From Planctomycetota bacterium (GTDB lineage Bacteria; Planctomycetota; UBA8742; UBA2392), in NCBI GenBank assembly GCA_016712285.1, contig JADJRK010000001.1, positions 2,300,885-2,364,884 on the forward strand: DNA of 64,000 nt. The letters are read 5' to 3'. Below are positions 9,396-17,537 of the stretch, one piece after another (within the stretch, counting starts at the first letter, position 1; every line of letters starts with the position of its first letter). A program made the translations under genes and the position numbers. A model generated the notes under the pieces. It had not been told where the DNA came from and did no database searches. It saw only the letters and a list, made by a program, of their open reading frames with translations.

Positions 9396-11066
9396 GTGAA
9401 AAGAGTCCTGCTCACTAGCGTATGCCGCCCGTTGGGCGAAGCCTACGGTGACGCCCCAAGCGTCGGATATGAACTGCTGTACGGCCAGGTCACTCGCGCA
9501 CAGGGCATGTTCAGCCCGCGCTCTTTGCACACGCAGTTTTCGCTCGACTACATCGCGGTCAACCTGGATGCCCCGACCGTCGTGCTGCAATACCCCTCGC
9601 GCGAAGAGCTGATCCTCGAGCTCAAGAAGGGGTACGACTACGTCGGCATTTCTTTCATTCTCGCCACCTTCCACATCATGGAAGAAATGGTGGCGCTGGT
9701 GCGGCAGCACTCGCCCAAGTCCCAGATCATTCTCGGCAGTCACGGCACCGTGCTCGACGACACCGTTCTGGCCCCCTACTGCGACCACATCTGCCGCGAA
9801 GAAGGCGTCGCGTTCATGCGGCGCCTGCTCGGCGAGCCAGCGCGCGAAATGCCCTACACCCACCCGATGGTGATCAACCCGTTGCGCGTCTTCGGCCAGC
9901 ATGTGTCGCTCACCGGCATCGTGTTTGCCGGCCTGGGCTGTGCCAATGGCTGCGACTTCTGCTGCACGTCGCACTACTTCAAGCGCCGTCACATCCGGCT
10001 GCTGCCCACGGGCCGCGACATCTACGACGTTGTGCGCAAGTACCACGACATCGATCCGGACATGAACATCATGATCATGGACGAAGACTTCCTGCTCAAT
10101 CACGAACGCGCCATGCAGTTCCGCGATTGCGTGATCGAAGGCGGCAAGCCGATCTCGGTGTTCTGTTTCGCCAGTGTGCGCGCACTAAGCCGATTCACTG
10201 TCACCGAGATCATGGAGATGGGCATCGACGGCATCTGGATCGGGTACGAGGGCACGCGTTCCGGCTTTCCAAAACAGTCAGGGCGCCCCGTGGCCGAGGT
10301 GTTCAACGAGTTCCGCGAACACGGCATCACCGTGCTGGCATCCATGATCGTTGGCTTTCCCTACCAGACGCCCCCGATCATCCAGGAAGAACTCGACGGC
10401 TTGCTGGCGCTGAAGCCGGCATTCTCGCAGTTTCTGATCTACGGGCCCGTGCCGGGTACACCCTTCTTTGACGAGGTGAAGAAGAACGGTCGGTTTCACA
10501 AGGAGATCGAGGACGACCCCAAGACGCACTTCTACCGCCGGGGCACGGGCTTCTACTCACTGGTCAAGCACGAGACCATGACCGCCAAAGAGATCGAAGA
10601 CCTCCAGGCCGGCTGCTTTCGCCAGGACTTCGAGCGACTGGGGCCATCCATCTATCGCGCCGTGGAGGTGTGGCTGAACGGCTACTTGAAGTGGAAAGAC
10701 TCGCCCATTCCGATCATGCGCAAGAAAGCCGAACAGTTCGCCGGCTTTGTCCGCAGCTCCTATCCCGCCTTTATGCCCGGCAAGCTCTTTGGCCCGACCG
10801 CCGAAACGCGCAGCCGCCTGAGACAGCTTGAAAAGCGCATCCATGGACTGCTGGGCAAACCGTCGCTGAAAGAGCGACTGTTGAGCCTGGGCGCCATACC
10901 GGCTGCGGCGTGGACGGCCCTGACCCTCAAGCTCAACCTGTTCCAGCATCCCAAGCTGATCCGACGTGAATACCGTCTGAATCCGCCGCCGGTTGCGCAG
11001 AACACTCAAGAGGCCAACCCCCATGTCACTTTTGCCGGTGCAGATTTACAGACAACTGCATCTTGA
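9396..11066 (+). CDS. B12-binding-domain radical SAM protein (class B), paralog of 15569..17338
   Basis: 556 aa. N-terminal B12-binding-like region (YDYVGISFILATF...IILGSHG). Radical SAM cluster motif GCANGCDFCCTSHY. The N-terminal region resembles that of the 15569..17338 protein (LLTSV...QVTR.QG.FS). Confidence 0.85.
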   Translation: MKRVLLTSVCRPLGEAYGDAPSVGYELLYGQVTRAQGMFSPRSLHTQFSLDYIAVNLDAPTVVLQYPSREELILELKKGYDYVGISFILATFHIMEEMVALVRQHSPKSQIILGSHGTVLDDTVLAPYCDHICREEGVAFMRRLLGEPAREMPYTHPMVINPLRVFGQHVSLTGIVFAGLGCANGCDFCCTSHYFKRRHIRLLPTGRDIYDVVRKYHDIDPDMNIMIMDEDFLLNHERAMQFRDCVIEGGKPISVFCFASVRALSRFTVTEIMEMGIDGIWIGYEGTRSGFPKQSGRPVAEVFNEFREHGITVLASMIVGFPYQTPPIIQEELDGLLALKPAFSQFLIYGPVPGTPFFDEVKKNGRFHKEIEDDPKTHFYRRGTGFYSLVKHETMTAKEIEDLQAGCFRQDFERLGPSIYRAVEVWLNGYLKWKDSPIPIMRKKAEQFAGFVRSSYPAFMPGKLFGPTAETRSRLRQLEKRIHGLLGKPSLKERLLSLGAIPAAAWTALTLKLNLFQHPKLIRREYRLNPPPVAQNTQEANPHVTFAGADLQTTAS

Positions 11067-11122
11067 TATGGCACCCGGGAGCACTACACTGCCGCCGATG
11101 ATTTTCCTGCCCGTTCATCCCC

Positions 11123-11139
11123 GGCGTCGTAGCGACGCC
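11123..11139 (+). terminator. Weak hairpin downstream of radical SAM gene
   Basis: GGCGTCG-TAG-CGACGCC followed by ATGTGTTG. The T-tract is poor. Confidence 0.3.
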
Positions 11140-11280
11140 ATGTGTTGCGTCCGCTGAGCCGGGCGCGTTCGTGATTGTTCCTCAACCACAGAAACGACCC
11201 CGGCGCGGCGCACACGCCCCGGGGACTACTTCGGTTCGTGCGTCGCACCGGTTACCGCAGGGGCGAAGGAGAACCGAGAC

Positions 11281-12231
11281 ATGGCAAAACGAGTACATGC
11301 TATCCATGAACTGGTCGGCGACACGCCCGTCGTGCGCCTGAATCGCATTGCGCCCCCGGGCGCAGCCACCCTATGGGCCAAGCTGGAGTACTTCAGCCCC
11401 GGCGCGTCTGTGAAAGACCGCATCGCGCTGGGCATGATCGAGGCTGCCGAGCGCTCAGGCGAGTTGACGCCCGGTCGCAGCACGATTGTCGAGGGCACAT
11501 CGGGCAACACCGGCATCGGCCTGGCGCTGATTGCCGCGAGCAAGGGCTATCGCGTCGTGCTGGCGATGCCCGAAAGCATGACGGTAGAGAGGCGCAACAC
11601 GCTGCGGGCACTTGGAGCCGAGCTTGTGCTGACCCCTGCCAGCCAGGGCATGGCGGGTGCCGTCGCCAAGGCCCGCGAACTCGCGGCAAGCGACCCGGAT
11701 TTCTGGGAGGCGCGGCAGTTTGACAATCCGGCCAATCCGCAGATCCATCGCCTGACGACCGGACCCGAAATCCTGCGGCAGGTGCCTGAAGTTGATGCGT
11801 TCGTGGCGGGTGTCGGCACCGGAGGCACGGTGACCGGCGCGGGACAGCTACTCAAGGAAGCCCGGCCCGGCATCAAGGTCATCGCCGTGGAACCAATCGA
11901 CAGCCCGATCCTGACCGGCGGCAAGCCGGGCCCGCACAAGATCCAGGGCATCGGAGCCAACTTCGTGCCGGGAGTGCTTGACCGGCGGGTCTATGACAGC
12001 GTCGTCGACGTGAGCTATCCCGATGCACTGGCGACGTCGCGCCGGCTGGCCCGCGAAGAGGGCATTTACAGCGGCGTCAGCGCCGGTGCCATCGCGTGGG
12101 CAGCGTTGCAGGTCGCGATTGAACTTGGCGCCGGCAAGCACGTGGTGTTCATGGTGCCCGACTTCGGCGAACGCTACGGCACGCACGAGCTGTGGGCGGC
12201 CGTCGAGGAACCGGCTCTGTCCGCGTCATAG
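11281..12231 (+). CDS. cysK: Cysteine synthase A (O-acetylserine sulfhydrylase)
   Basis: 316 aa. LVGDTPVVRLNR, PLP-lysine motif SVKDR, GTSGNTGIGLA, GVGTGGT. AAGGAG SD. Confidence 0.93.
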   Translation: MAKRVHAIHELVGDTPVVRLNRIAPPGAATLWAKLEYFSPGASVKDRIALGMIEAAERSGELTPGRSTIVEGTSGNTGIGLALIAASKGYRVVLAMPESMTVERRNTLRALGAELVLTPASQGMAGAVAKARELAASDPDFWEARQFDNPANPQIHRLTTGPEILRQVPEVDAFVAGVGTGGTVTGAGQLLKEARPGIKVIAVEPIDSPILTGGKPGPHKIQGIGANFVPGVLDRRVYDSVVDVSYPDALATSRRLAREEGIYSGVSAGAIAWAALQVAIELGAGKHVVFMVPDFGERYGTHELWAAVEEPALSAS

Positions 12232-12296
12232 GCTGGTGCGTGATAGGCGGGGTCTGCGCGCAAGCTACCGGGGGACCTCTTACGCAAGAAGCGCTG

Positions 12297-12485
12297 CTAC
12301 AGCACTTCGCGCGTCTTGAGGTCCTTCCACACCCGCCACGCGTAGCCCACGCCGGCGATCACAAATAGCGGCTGCGCAAAGAAGACAAAGGCCGCCATCT
12401 GGTAAGGGCCGGGATCAATTGCGTACAGGCCCGTGATCGCGAACGCGAGCGCGGCGGCAAGGCTTTGCAGGCGCAGGGTCTTCAC
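12297..12485 (-). CDS. Small two-TM membrane protein co-transcribed with the cytochrome/molybdoenzyme genes
   Basis: 62 aa from GTG 12485, which overlaps the upstream TGA (GTGA). Two hydrophobic stretches (LAAALAFAITGLYAI, AAFVFFAQPLFVIAGVGYAW). Only the tail of the 204-aa track ORF looks coding. Confidence 0.4.
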   Translation of the reverse strand: MKTLRLQSLAAALAFAITGLYAIDPGPYQMAAFVFFAQPLFVIAGVGYAWRVWKDLKTREVL

Positions 12486-13162
12486 TCGTCTTCCCCCATG
12501 AGCCGCGGGTAGTCGGTGTGGCCGGGCGTGCGCTGCTCGCGGGAGGGATGGGCGCGGCCGTGACAGTTCAGGCAGCTGAGCGTGTTGTCGGCCAGCCGCG
12601 CGCGCACCGTGGCATGGGACGGTACCGCCTGAAACTTCGGCGTGGGCGCGTGGCACTTGAGGCAATTGTCGTTCGGAAACACGCCGCGATACTTGATTGG
12701 CTCTTCGTAGCTGCGCGTTGTGTAGCGCGCGAGGTGCCGATAGCCCTCCATCTTTGCTTGCAGGTCGCCCGCCAGCCCGTAGTCCGAGTGGCACTGGTAG
12801 CACTGGTCCTTGGGAATCCAGCCGTTGCGAAAGTGCCGTGCCGCCAGGGTCTGGCTGTGGGGGTCGTGCATGTCGGTGACCATCGGCGTCATGACGTGGC
12901 AGCGATTGCAACTCTCGACGCCATGAACGCCCTCAATGGTGTGATAGTTGGCGACTGCCACGCTCGCGGCGGGCACGGCAAACAGCGCCGCCAGCGCCAG
13001 CAGCTTGAAGAATGCCATCCCGGACAAAGTGGCGAATCCAAGATGAACTTTGCGGTCGGAGTCAATCTTGCCGAAGTCAACGCGCGGCAGCCACAGGCAC
13101 AGAAAGAAGCCGACCGCGCACAGCAGCCCCGTCAGAATGCGTGTCAGGTCCGTGATTTCCAT
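12482..13162 (-). CDS. Membrane-anchored tetrahaem cytochrome c (NapC/NirT/NrfH-like)
   Basis: 226 aa. Four CxxCH motifs (CNRCH, CYQCH, CLKCH, CLNCH). N-terminal hydrophobic helices. The start overlaps the molybdoenzyme stop (TGATG). Confidence 0.8.
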   Translation of the reverse strand: MEITDLTRILTGLLCAVGFFLCLWLPRVDFGKIDSDRKVHLGFATLSGMAFFKLLALAALFAVPAASVAVANYHTIEGVHGVESCNRCHVMTPMVTDMHDPHSQTLAARHFRNGWIPKDQCYQCHSDYGLAGDLQAKMEGYRHLARYTTRSYEEPIKYRGVFPNDNCLKCHAPTPKFQAVPSHATVRARLADNTLSCLNCHGRAHPSREQRTPGHTDYPRLMGEDE

Positions 13163-15456
13163 CAGGCCTCGGCTTTCCTGAACTGGACAGCCGTCAACTT
13201 GTATTCGGGTTCTCTCGACACCGGGTCGACGTGGTCAGCCACTACGCGATTCACGAGCAGCTTCGCGTCGTAGAAGGCCGCGAACAGAAGGCCCGGCCGC
13301 ATTTCGCGGTCAATGACGGCGCGGCCGACGACTTCGCCAAACCGACTTGCCACGGCAATCAAGTCTCCGCTCTCCACTCCGCGCTGGCGGGCGTCGACTT
13401 CACTTACGATGAAACGCGCCGGGCCCGAGGCGCCTCGCAACTCGTCAATGCGCTGGGTCATCGTGCCGGTGTGCCACTGCTCGAGCACGCGGCCCGTGGT
13501 GAGATACAGCGGGCGCTCGTCACTGCGCTGCTCGGGCGAGGGCACGTACGGGCAGAAACTGACCATCGCGCGCTTGTCTTTGCGCCCGTAGAACTGGACG
13601 CCGGCGCCGGCGGACACGAACGGATCGTCGCCCTCGACATAGCGCCGCACAGTGCCCGGGTGATCTTCGGTCGGGCAGGGCCATTGCAGGCCGGGCTCGC
13701 GCTGAAGTCGGTCGCGTGTCATGCCCTCAAAGTTGTAGTAGCTGTGCGCGCTGAAGTGACGCCACTCCTCCCAGACTTCTGCGGCGGTTTGCGCCTTGAT
13801 CAGATCGCCGTGTCCCAGGCGCTTGGCCAGCTCTACAAGGATCCACAGGTCGCTGCGGGCCTCGCCGGGCGGGTCGAGCAGCTTCTCGACCAGTTGATAG
13901 CGGCGCTCGCCCTGGCCCAGCACGCCTTCTTTCTCTACCCACAGCGCGGCAGGCAACAGCACGCTTGCCGTCTTTGCTGTTTCACTGTCGGCAACGATCT
14001 CGCTGACCACGGTGAAGCACTTTGCCATCGCCGCGGTGTAGCGGTCGCTGTCGGGCATGCTTTGCGCCGGGTTCGTGCACATGATCAGCGCGGCTTTTAC
14101 GCGGCCGTCTTCCATGGCGCGAAACAGCTCGACCGCGTGATGGCCCGGCTTGGGAGAAATCGTGCCGGCGGGCACCCCCCACAGTTTTTCGACCTCGGCC
14201 CGATGCTCGGCGTTGGCGACCAGCCGTCCATTGGGCAGCAGGTGCGACAGTGACCCGGTGTCACGCACACCACCGCAGGCGTTGGGCTGGCCTGTAACGC
14301 TGAACGGCGTGGCGCCGGGGCGGCAAATCTGTCCCGTGAGCAAGTGCAGCGTGTTCAGCATGATGTTCAGCGCCGTGCCCTGCGTGCGCTGGTTGACGCC
14401 CATCGTCCACAGCGACATAGACGCCCGCGCGCGCGCGAAACGATGCGCCACATGACGAATCAGGTCGGCGCCAATGCCAAGCCGCGCCTCGACCTTCTCG
14501 GGTGTGTAGTCCTGCAGGAACGTCCGGAATGCGGCAAGGTCCGCGCTCTGCCCGGCGTTCTGGAACGCGAGGTGCTTATCGATGAAGGCGAGGTCCGCCA
14601 GTCCGTCGTGCAGGATCACCTGTGCCATGGCGTTCAGCAGCAGCAAGTCGGTGCCCGGCACCACGGGCAGGTGCAGGTCGCTGCGCTTGGCGGTTTCGCT
14701 GCGCCGGGGGTCTACACAGATAATGAAGGCTTCGCGGTGAAGCGCCTTGCGGCGTTGGATGCGCTCGAACAGCGGCGGGTGGCACTCGTATGGATTGGCC
14801 CCGAAGATGAAAAACAAGTCCGCGTGGTCGATGTCTTCATAGCTGCCCGGCGGCTCGTCTTTGCCGAACACCGAGACATAACCAGCCGCCGCCGAGGCCA
14901 TGCACAACCGCGGGTTGCCATCGACGTTGTTCGTGCGCAGGCCTGCTTTGAACAGCTTGTTGGCGGTGTAGCTTTCCTCGGTGTAAAGCTGACCGCTTCC
15001 ATAGAAGGCCAGCGCGTCGGGCCCGTGGGCATCGCGGACTTCTTTGAACTTTCCGGCGACCAAGTCGAGCGCTTCATCCCAGCTGGCCTCGACCATTCTG
15101 CCATTGTTTCGAATCATCGGCTTGGTCAGGCGCCCTTCAATATGCGGCAGCGCGCGCAACATTGAGCCCTTGACGCAGATGACACCCTGGTTGTGGCCGG
15201 ACTCGTGGCCGCGGATGTCAACGATCGCGCCGTCGCGCATGCCCACACGAATCGTGCAACCGTTGCCGCAAAATCTGCACGTGGACTTGTGCCAGTCGTC
15301 TGCCGTGCCCGCGGGCACCATCAGTTCCAGGCTGCCCCATCCGGCCAACGCGGCGGCTGTGGCGGCACCAAGGCCCCCCATCGCCCACAGGAACTCGCGG
15401 CGATATGGGCTTTCAGGTGCCGTTTCCGGCTGCTTGGTCGGCTGGGTTTCGTCCAC
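13162..15456 (-). CDS. Periplasmic molybdopterin oxidoreductase, NapA-like (Tat signal)
   Basis: Twin-arginine signal SPYRREFLWAMGGLGAA. N-terminal 4Fe-4S motif CRFCGNGCTIRV...VICVKG. Candidate Mo-ligand Cys in NPRLCMASAAAGY. The start is set at GTG 15456, preceded by GGAGAGAG. The track starts at TTG 15495. Confidence 0.88.
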   Translation of the reverse strand: MDETQPTKQPETAPESPYRREFLWAMGGLGAATAAALAGWGSLELMVPAGTADDWHKSTCRFCGNGCTIRVGMRDGAIVDIRGHESGHNQGVICVKGSMLRALPHIEGRLTKPMIRNNGRMVEASWDEALDLVAGKFKEVRDAHGPDALAFYGSGQLYTEESYTANKLFKAGLRTNNVDGNPRLCMASAAAGYVSVFGKDEPPGSYEDIDHADLFFIFGANPYECHPPLFERIQRRKALHREAFIICVDPRRSETAKRSDLHLPVVPGTDLLLLNAMAQVILHDGLADLAFIDKHLAFQNAGQSADLAAFRTFLQDYTPEKVEARLGIGADLIRHVAHRFARARASMSLWTMGVNQRTQGTALNIMLNTLHLLTGQICRPGATPFSVTGQPNACGGVRDTGSLSHLLPNGRLVANAEHRAEVEKLWGVPAGTISPKPGHHAVELFRAMEDGRVKAALIMCTNPAQSMPDSDRYTAAMAKCFTVVSEIVADSETAKTASVLLPAALWVEKEGVLGQGERRYQLVEKLLDPPGEARSDLWILVELAKRLGHGDLIKAQTAAEVWEEWRHFSAHSYYNFEGMTRDRLQREPGLQWPCPTEDHPGTVRRYVEGDDPFVSAGAGVQFYGRKDKRAMVSFCPYVPSPEQRSDERPLYLTTGRVLEQWHTGTMTQRIDELRGASGPARFIVSEVDARQRGVESGDLIAVASRFGEVVGRAVIDREMRPGLLFAAFYDAKLLVNRVVADHVDPVSREPEYKLTAVQFRKAEA

Positions 15457-15568
15457 GGCTCTCTCCGTCGGGCGGAGTATAACGCGCGGATGCAACGCGG
15501 GTCATCTACAGAAAGCGTGACGGAAGTCAGCAGATTTCAGCAGCAGCCGGCAACGGCGCCGGCACGCA

Positions 15569-17338
15569 TTACGCGCCGACGGCGGCAACCGCGTCTACGG
15601 GATCGACAAACCGGCAGCGTGTTGGCTGGGGGCCGCGACGCGATGTATCGGGGTGATCGCGGTTGGTTTCGAAGAATGTAGGGGGTTCACGGGTATCACC
15701 GGTGAGCATACGACGATGCTCCGCCTTGAGATTGTAGTGTACCCACGGCCCGCCCAGCAGCGCCATCAACCGAACCTTGAAGCCGAATGTACGGTACAGG
15801 TCGCGCAGTAGTACTTTGAGTTTCTTGCGCATGTGGGCATTGCCGCGATAGTAGCGCAACGCGCCGGCGGTGGCCGCCGCCCAGGTGGATGAGAGTTCGT
15901 GTGATTCCCACCGGAAGCGTTCGCGCACGCGGGCGTCGGCGTGATCCCGATACTTCAACCAGCCGTTCAGCGTCGTGCGCACGATGCGCATCAGGCTGGG
16001 TCCGTTGACTTCAAAATCGCGTCGGAATGCCCGCAGCAGCATTTCGGTTTCCTGGCCGTCGCGGATGTGCGGGTGCTTGTAGTTGAAGCGATGCTGGCCG
16101 TGAATCTCCGGCAGACCGACTTCTTTCTCGGGAAGAATACGCCCCTCGCTGCCAAGCTGGGCGTGCAGAGGCGTGCCGGGCAGAGGGGTGTACAGCATGA
16201 ACTGGTGAAAGTCGGTCTCGTGAGAGACCGCATGATCGATCGCTTCGTCGATGTTCTCCGGCGTGTGGTCTTCCAGGCCTATGATGCTTGAGCCAAGGAC
16301 GCGAATGCCGTGCTGCTGGAATTCGCGCACCATGGCGAGTGTGTCAGTGCCGCGCAGCTTGTTGTACTGGCTGTTGCGACCTTCCAGCCCCAGCCAGACC
16401 CAGGAGATGCCGATCCGGACCAGCTCGTCCATGGAGTAGTGCTTCAGGACATTGGCCGAGCTGAACACATAGAATGACCACGGTTTGGAGTTGGCTTCCA
16501 TGAGCTCCAGCAGTCGCAGCGCACGTTTCCGGTTCAGCAGGAAGTTTTCGTCCATCACAAAGAATGACCGGGCGCCGGACTCGGCTTCGAGTTTGCGGAT
16601 GACTTCGTACAGCTCGTCGCCGGATTCATAGAACACGCGGGACTGTCCCTTGCCCCCGAACATCGCCGAAGTTGAACAGAAGTTGCAGCCCATCGGGCAG
16701 CCGACGGACGGGATCAGCGTGACGGCCGTGTTGCCGGGCTTGTTCGCCACGTTGATGCCCATGCTGCGCAGGTTGATCGGCGTGTCGACAACCGGGTGCC
16801 GGTAAGGCTGGTCGGGGTCTTCGCCCAGGTAGCGGCGGAACCACTCGACGCCTTCGCCGCGCACCACATGGTCGGCGCCCGTCCGCTGTTTCAGGTCGCC
16901 CAGGTTGGCGATGTGGCCGCCGATCACGATCTGGGCCTTGGGCAGGTGCTTGCGCACCAGCTCGCACATCTTTTTGACCTTGCCGATGTTGACGAGAATG
17001 CTGCTGATGCCCACGACGTCGTAGTGATTCCGCGAAATCTCGGACTCGAAGCGCTCCAGCGTCGGGAAGTCCAGCAGTTCGCAGGGCGCCTGGATGTTGC
17101 ACTGGATCATCATGATGCCCCAACTGCGATGGAAGATTCGCAGCGAAAACGCGCCTTGCGTGCGCGTCACCTGGTTGTGGTACAGCTCCATGGGGTTGAT
17201 CAGTCGGCTGCCGTATTCGTCGTTCTGCGCATAGGGGCCAAACACGCTGGTGAGCAGCACGCGGGTTGCGCTGCCTTTGGGGTGGCTGGGGTGGATGACG
17301 TTCTGCGGCTGGGGTGGCTCAATCGTCTGTGTGTGCAT
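15569..17338 (-). CDS. B12-binding-domain radical SAM protein (class B), paralog of 9396..11066
   Basis: 589 aa. YDVVGISSILVNIGKV...IVIGGHIANL (B12-binding-like). Radical SAM motif VGCPMGCNFCSTS. Confidence 0.85.
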   Translation of the reverse strand: MHTQTIEPPQPQNVIHPSHPKGSATRVLLTSVFGPYAQNDEYGSRLINPMELYHNQVTRTQGAFSLRIFHRSWGIMMIQCNIQAPCELLDFPTLERFESEISRNHYDVVGISSILVNIGKVKKMCELVRKHLPKAQIVIGGHIANLGDLKQRTGADHVVRGEGVEWFRRYLGEDPDQPYRHPVVDTPINLRSMGINVANKPGNTAVTLIPSVGCPMGCNFCSTSAMFGGKGQSRVFYESGDELYEVIRKLEAESGARSFFVMDENFLLNRKRALRLLELMEANSKPWSFYVFSSANVLKHYSMDELVRIGISWVWLGLEGRNSQYNKLRGTDTLAMVREFQQHGIRVLGSSIIGLEDHTPENIDEAIDHAVSHETDFHQFMLYTPLPGTPLHAQLGSEGRILPEKEVGLPEIHGQHRFNYKHPHIRDGQETEMLLRAFRRDFEVNGPSLMRIVRTTLNGWLKYRDHADARVRERFRWESHELSSTWAAATAGALRYYRGNAHMRKKLKVLLRDLYRTFGFKVRLMALLGGPWVHYNLKAEHRRMLTGDTREPPTFFETNRDHPDTSRRGPQPTRCRFVDPVDAVAAVGA

Positions 17339-17374
17339 CGGCCCCCACTACCATTTGCGTGCCCGCAATACAAA

Positions 17375-17388
17375 AGATATTTATATCT
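17375..17388. promoter_or_regulatory. Perfect inverted repeat AGATAT-TT-ATATCT inside an AT-rich island 37 nt upstream of the radical SAM start
   Basis: Read directly at 17375..17388. It is embedded in AAAAGATATTTATATCTGTTTATATGTCTTTTT. Confidence 0.4.
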
Positions 17389-17485
17389 GTTTATATGTCT
17401 TTTTGCCCGCGTACGGCAACGCATTTGCGTCCGCTGATCGCCACAGTTTTATTGAGACGCGTTCTCACCAGTACTTGACGCCTCG

Positions 17486-17509
17486 TATTCGGATAGTAGT
17501 ATCCGAATA
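17486..17509. promoter_or_regulatory. 24-bp perfect palindrome TATTCGGATA-GTAG-TATCCGAATA, candidate operator overlapping a -10-like box upstream of the NnrS fusion gene
   Basis: 10-bp arms are exact reverse complements. TTGACG lies at 17475..17480 and TAGTAT at 17497..17502, 16 nt apart. The ATG at 17538 is 28 nt downstream. Confidence 0.5.
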
Positions 17510-17537
17510 TAGAGTTCGATCAACATGGGAGAGAGCC

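Noticed and set aside
11068-11157. 29-aa ORF (MAPGSTTLPPMIFLPVHPRRRSDAMCCVR) starting 1 nt after the stop of the B12-radical SAM gene, considered as a RiPP-like precursor
   Set aside because: It has no SD. It contains the hairpin that more simply serves as the radical SAM gene's terminator. Its codon bias is not convincing, and I found no comparable small ORF next to the paralogous radical SAM gene. It is worth re-examining only if homologous loci show a conserved peptide.
12486-12911. Upstream part of the 204-aa ORF 12297..12911
   Set aside because: It is out of frame within the tetrahaem cytochrome gene and has Arg/Pro/Ala-rich composition. Only the last 62 codons, after the cytochrome stop, look like a membrane protein.
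17250-17537. Upstream 96 codons of ORF 17250..19592
   Set aside because: This stretch runs through the AT-rich divergent promoter region and both palindromes. A strong GGGAGAGAGCC-ATG start exists at 17538.
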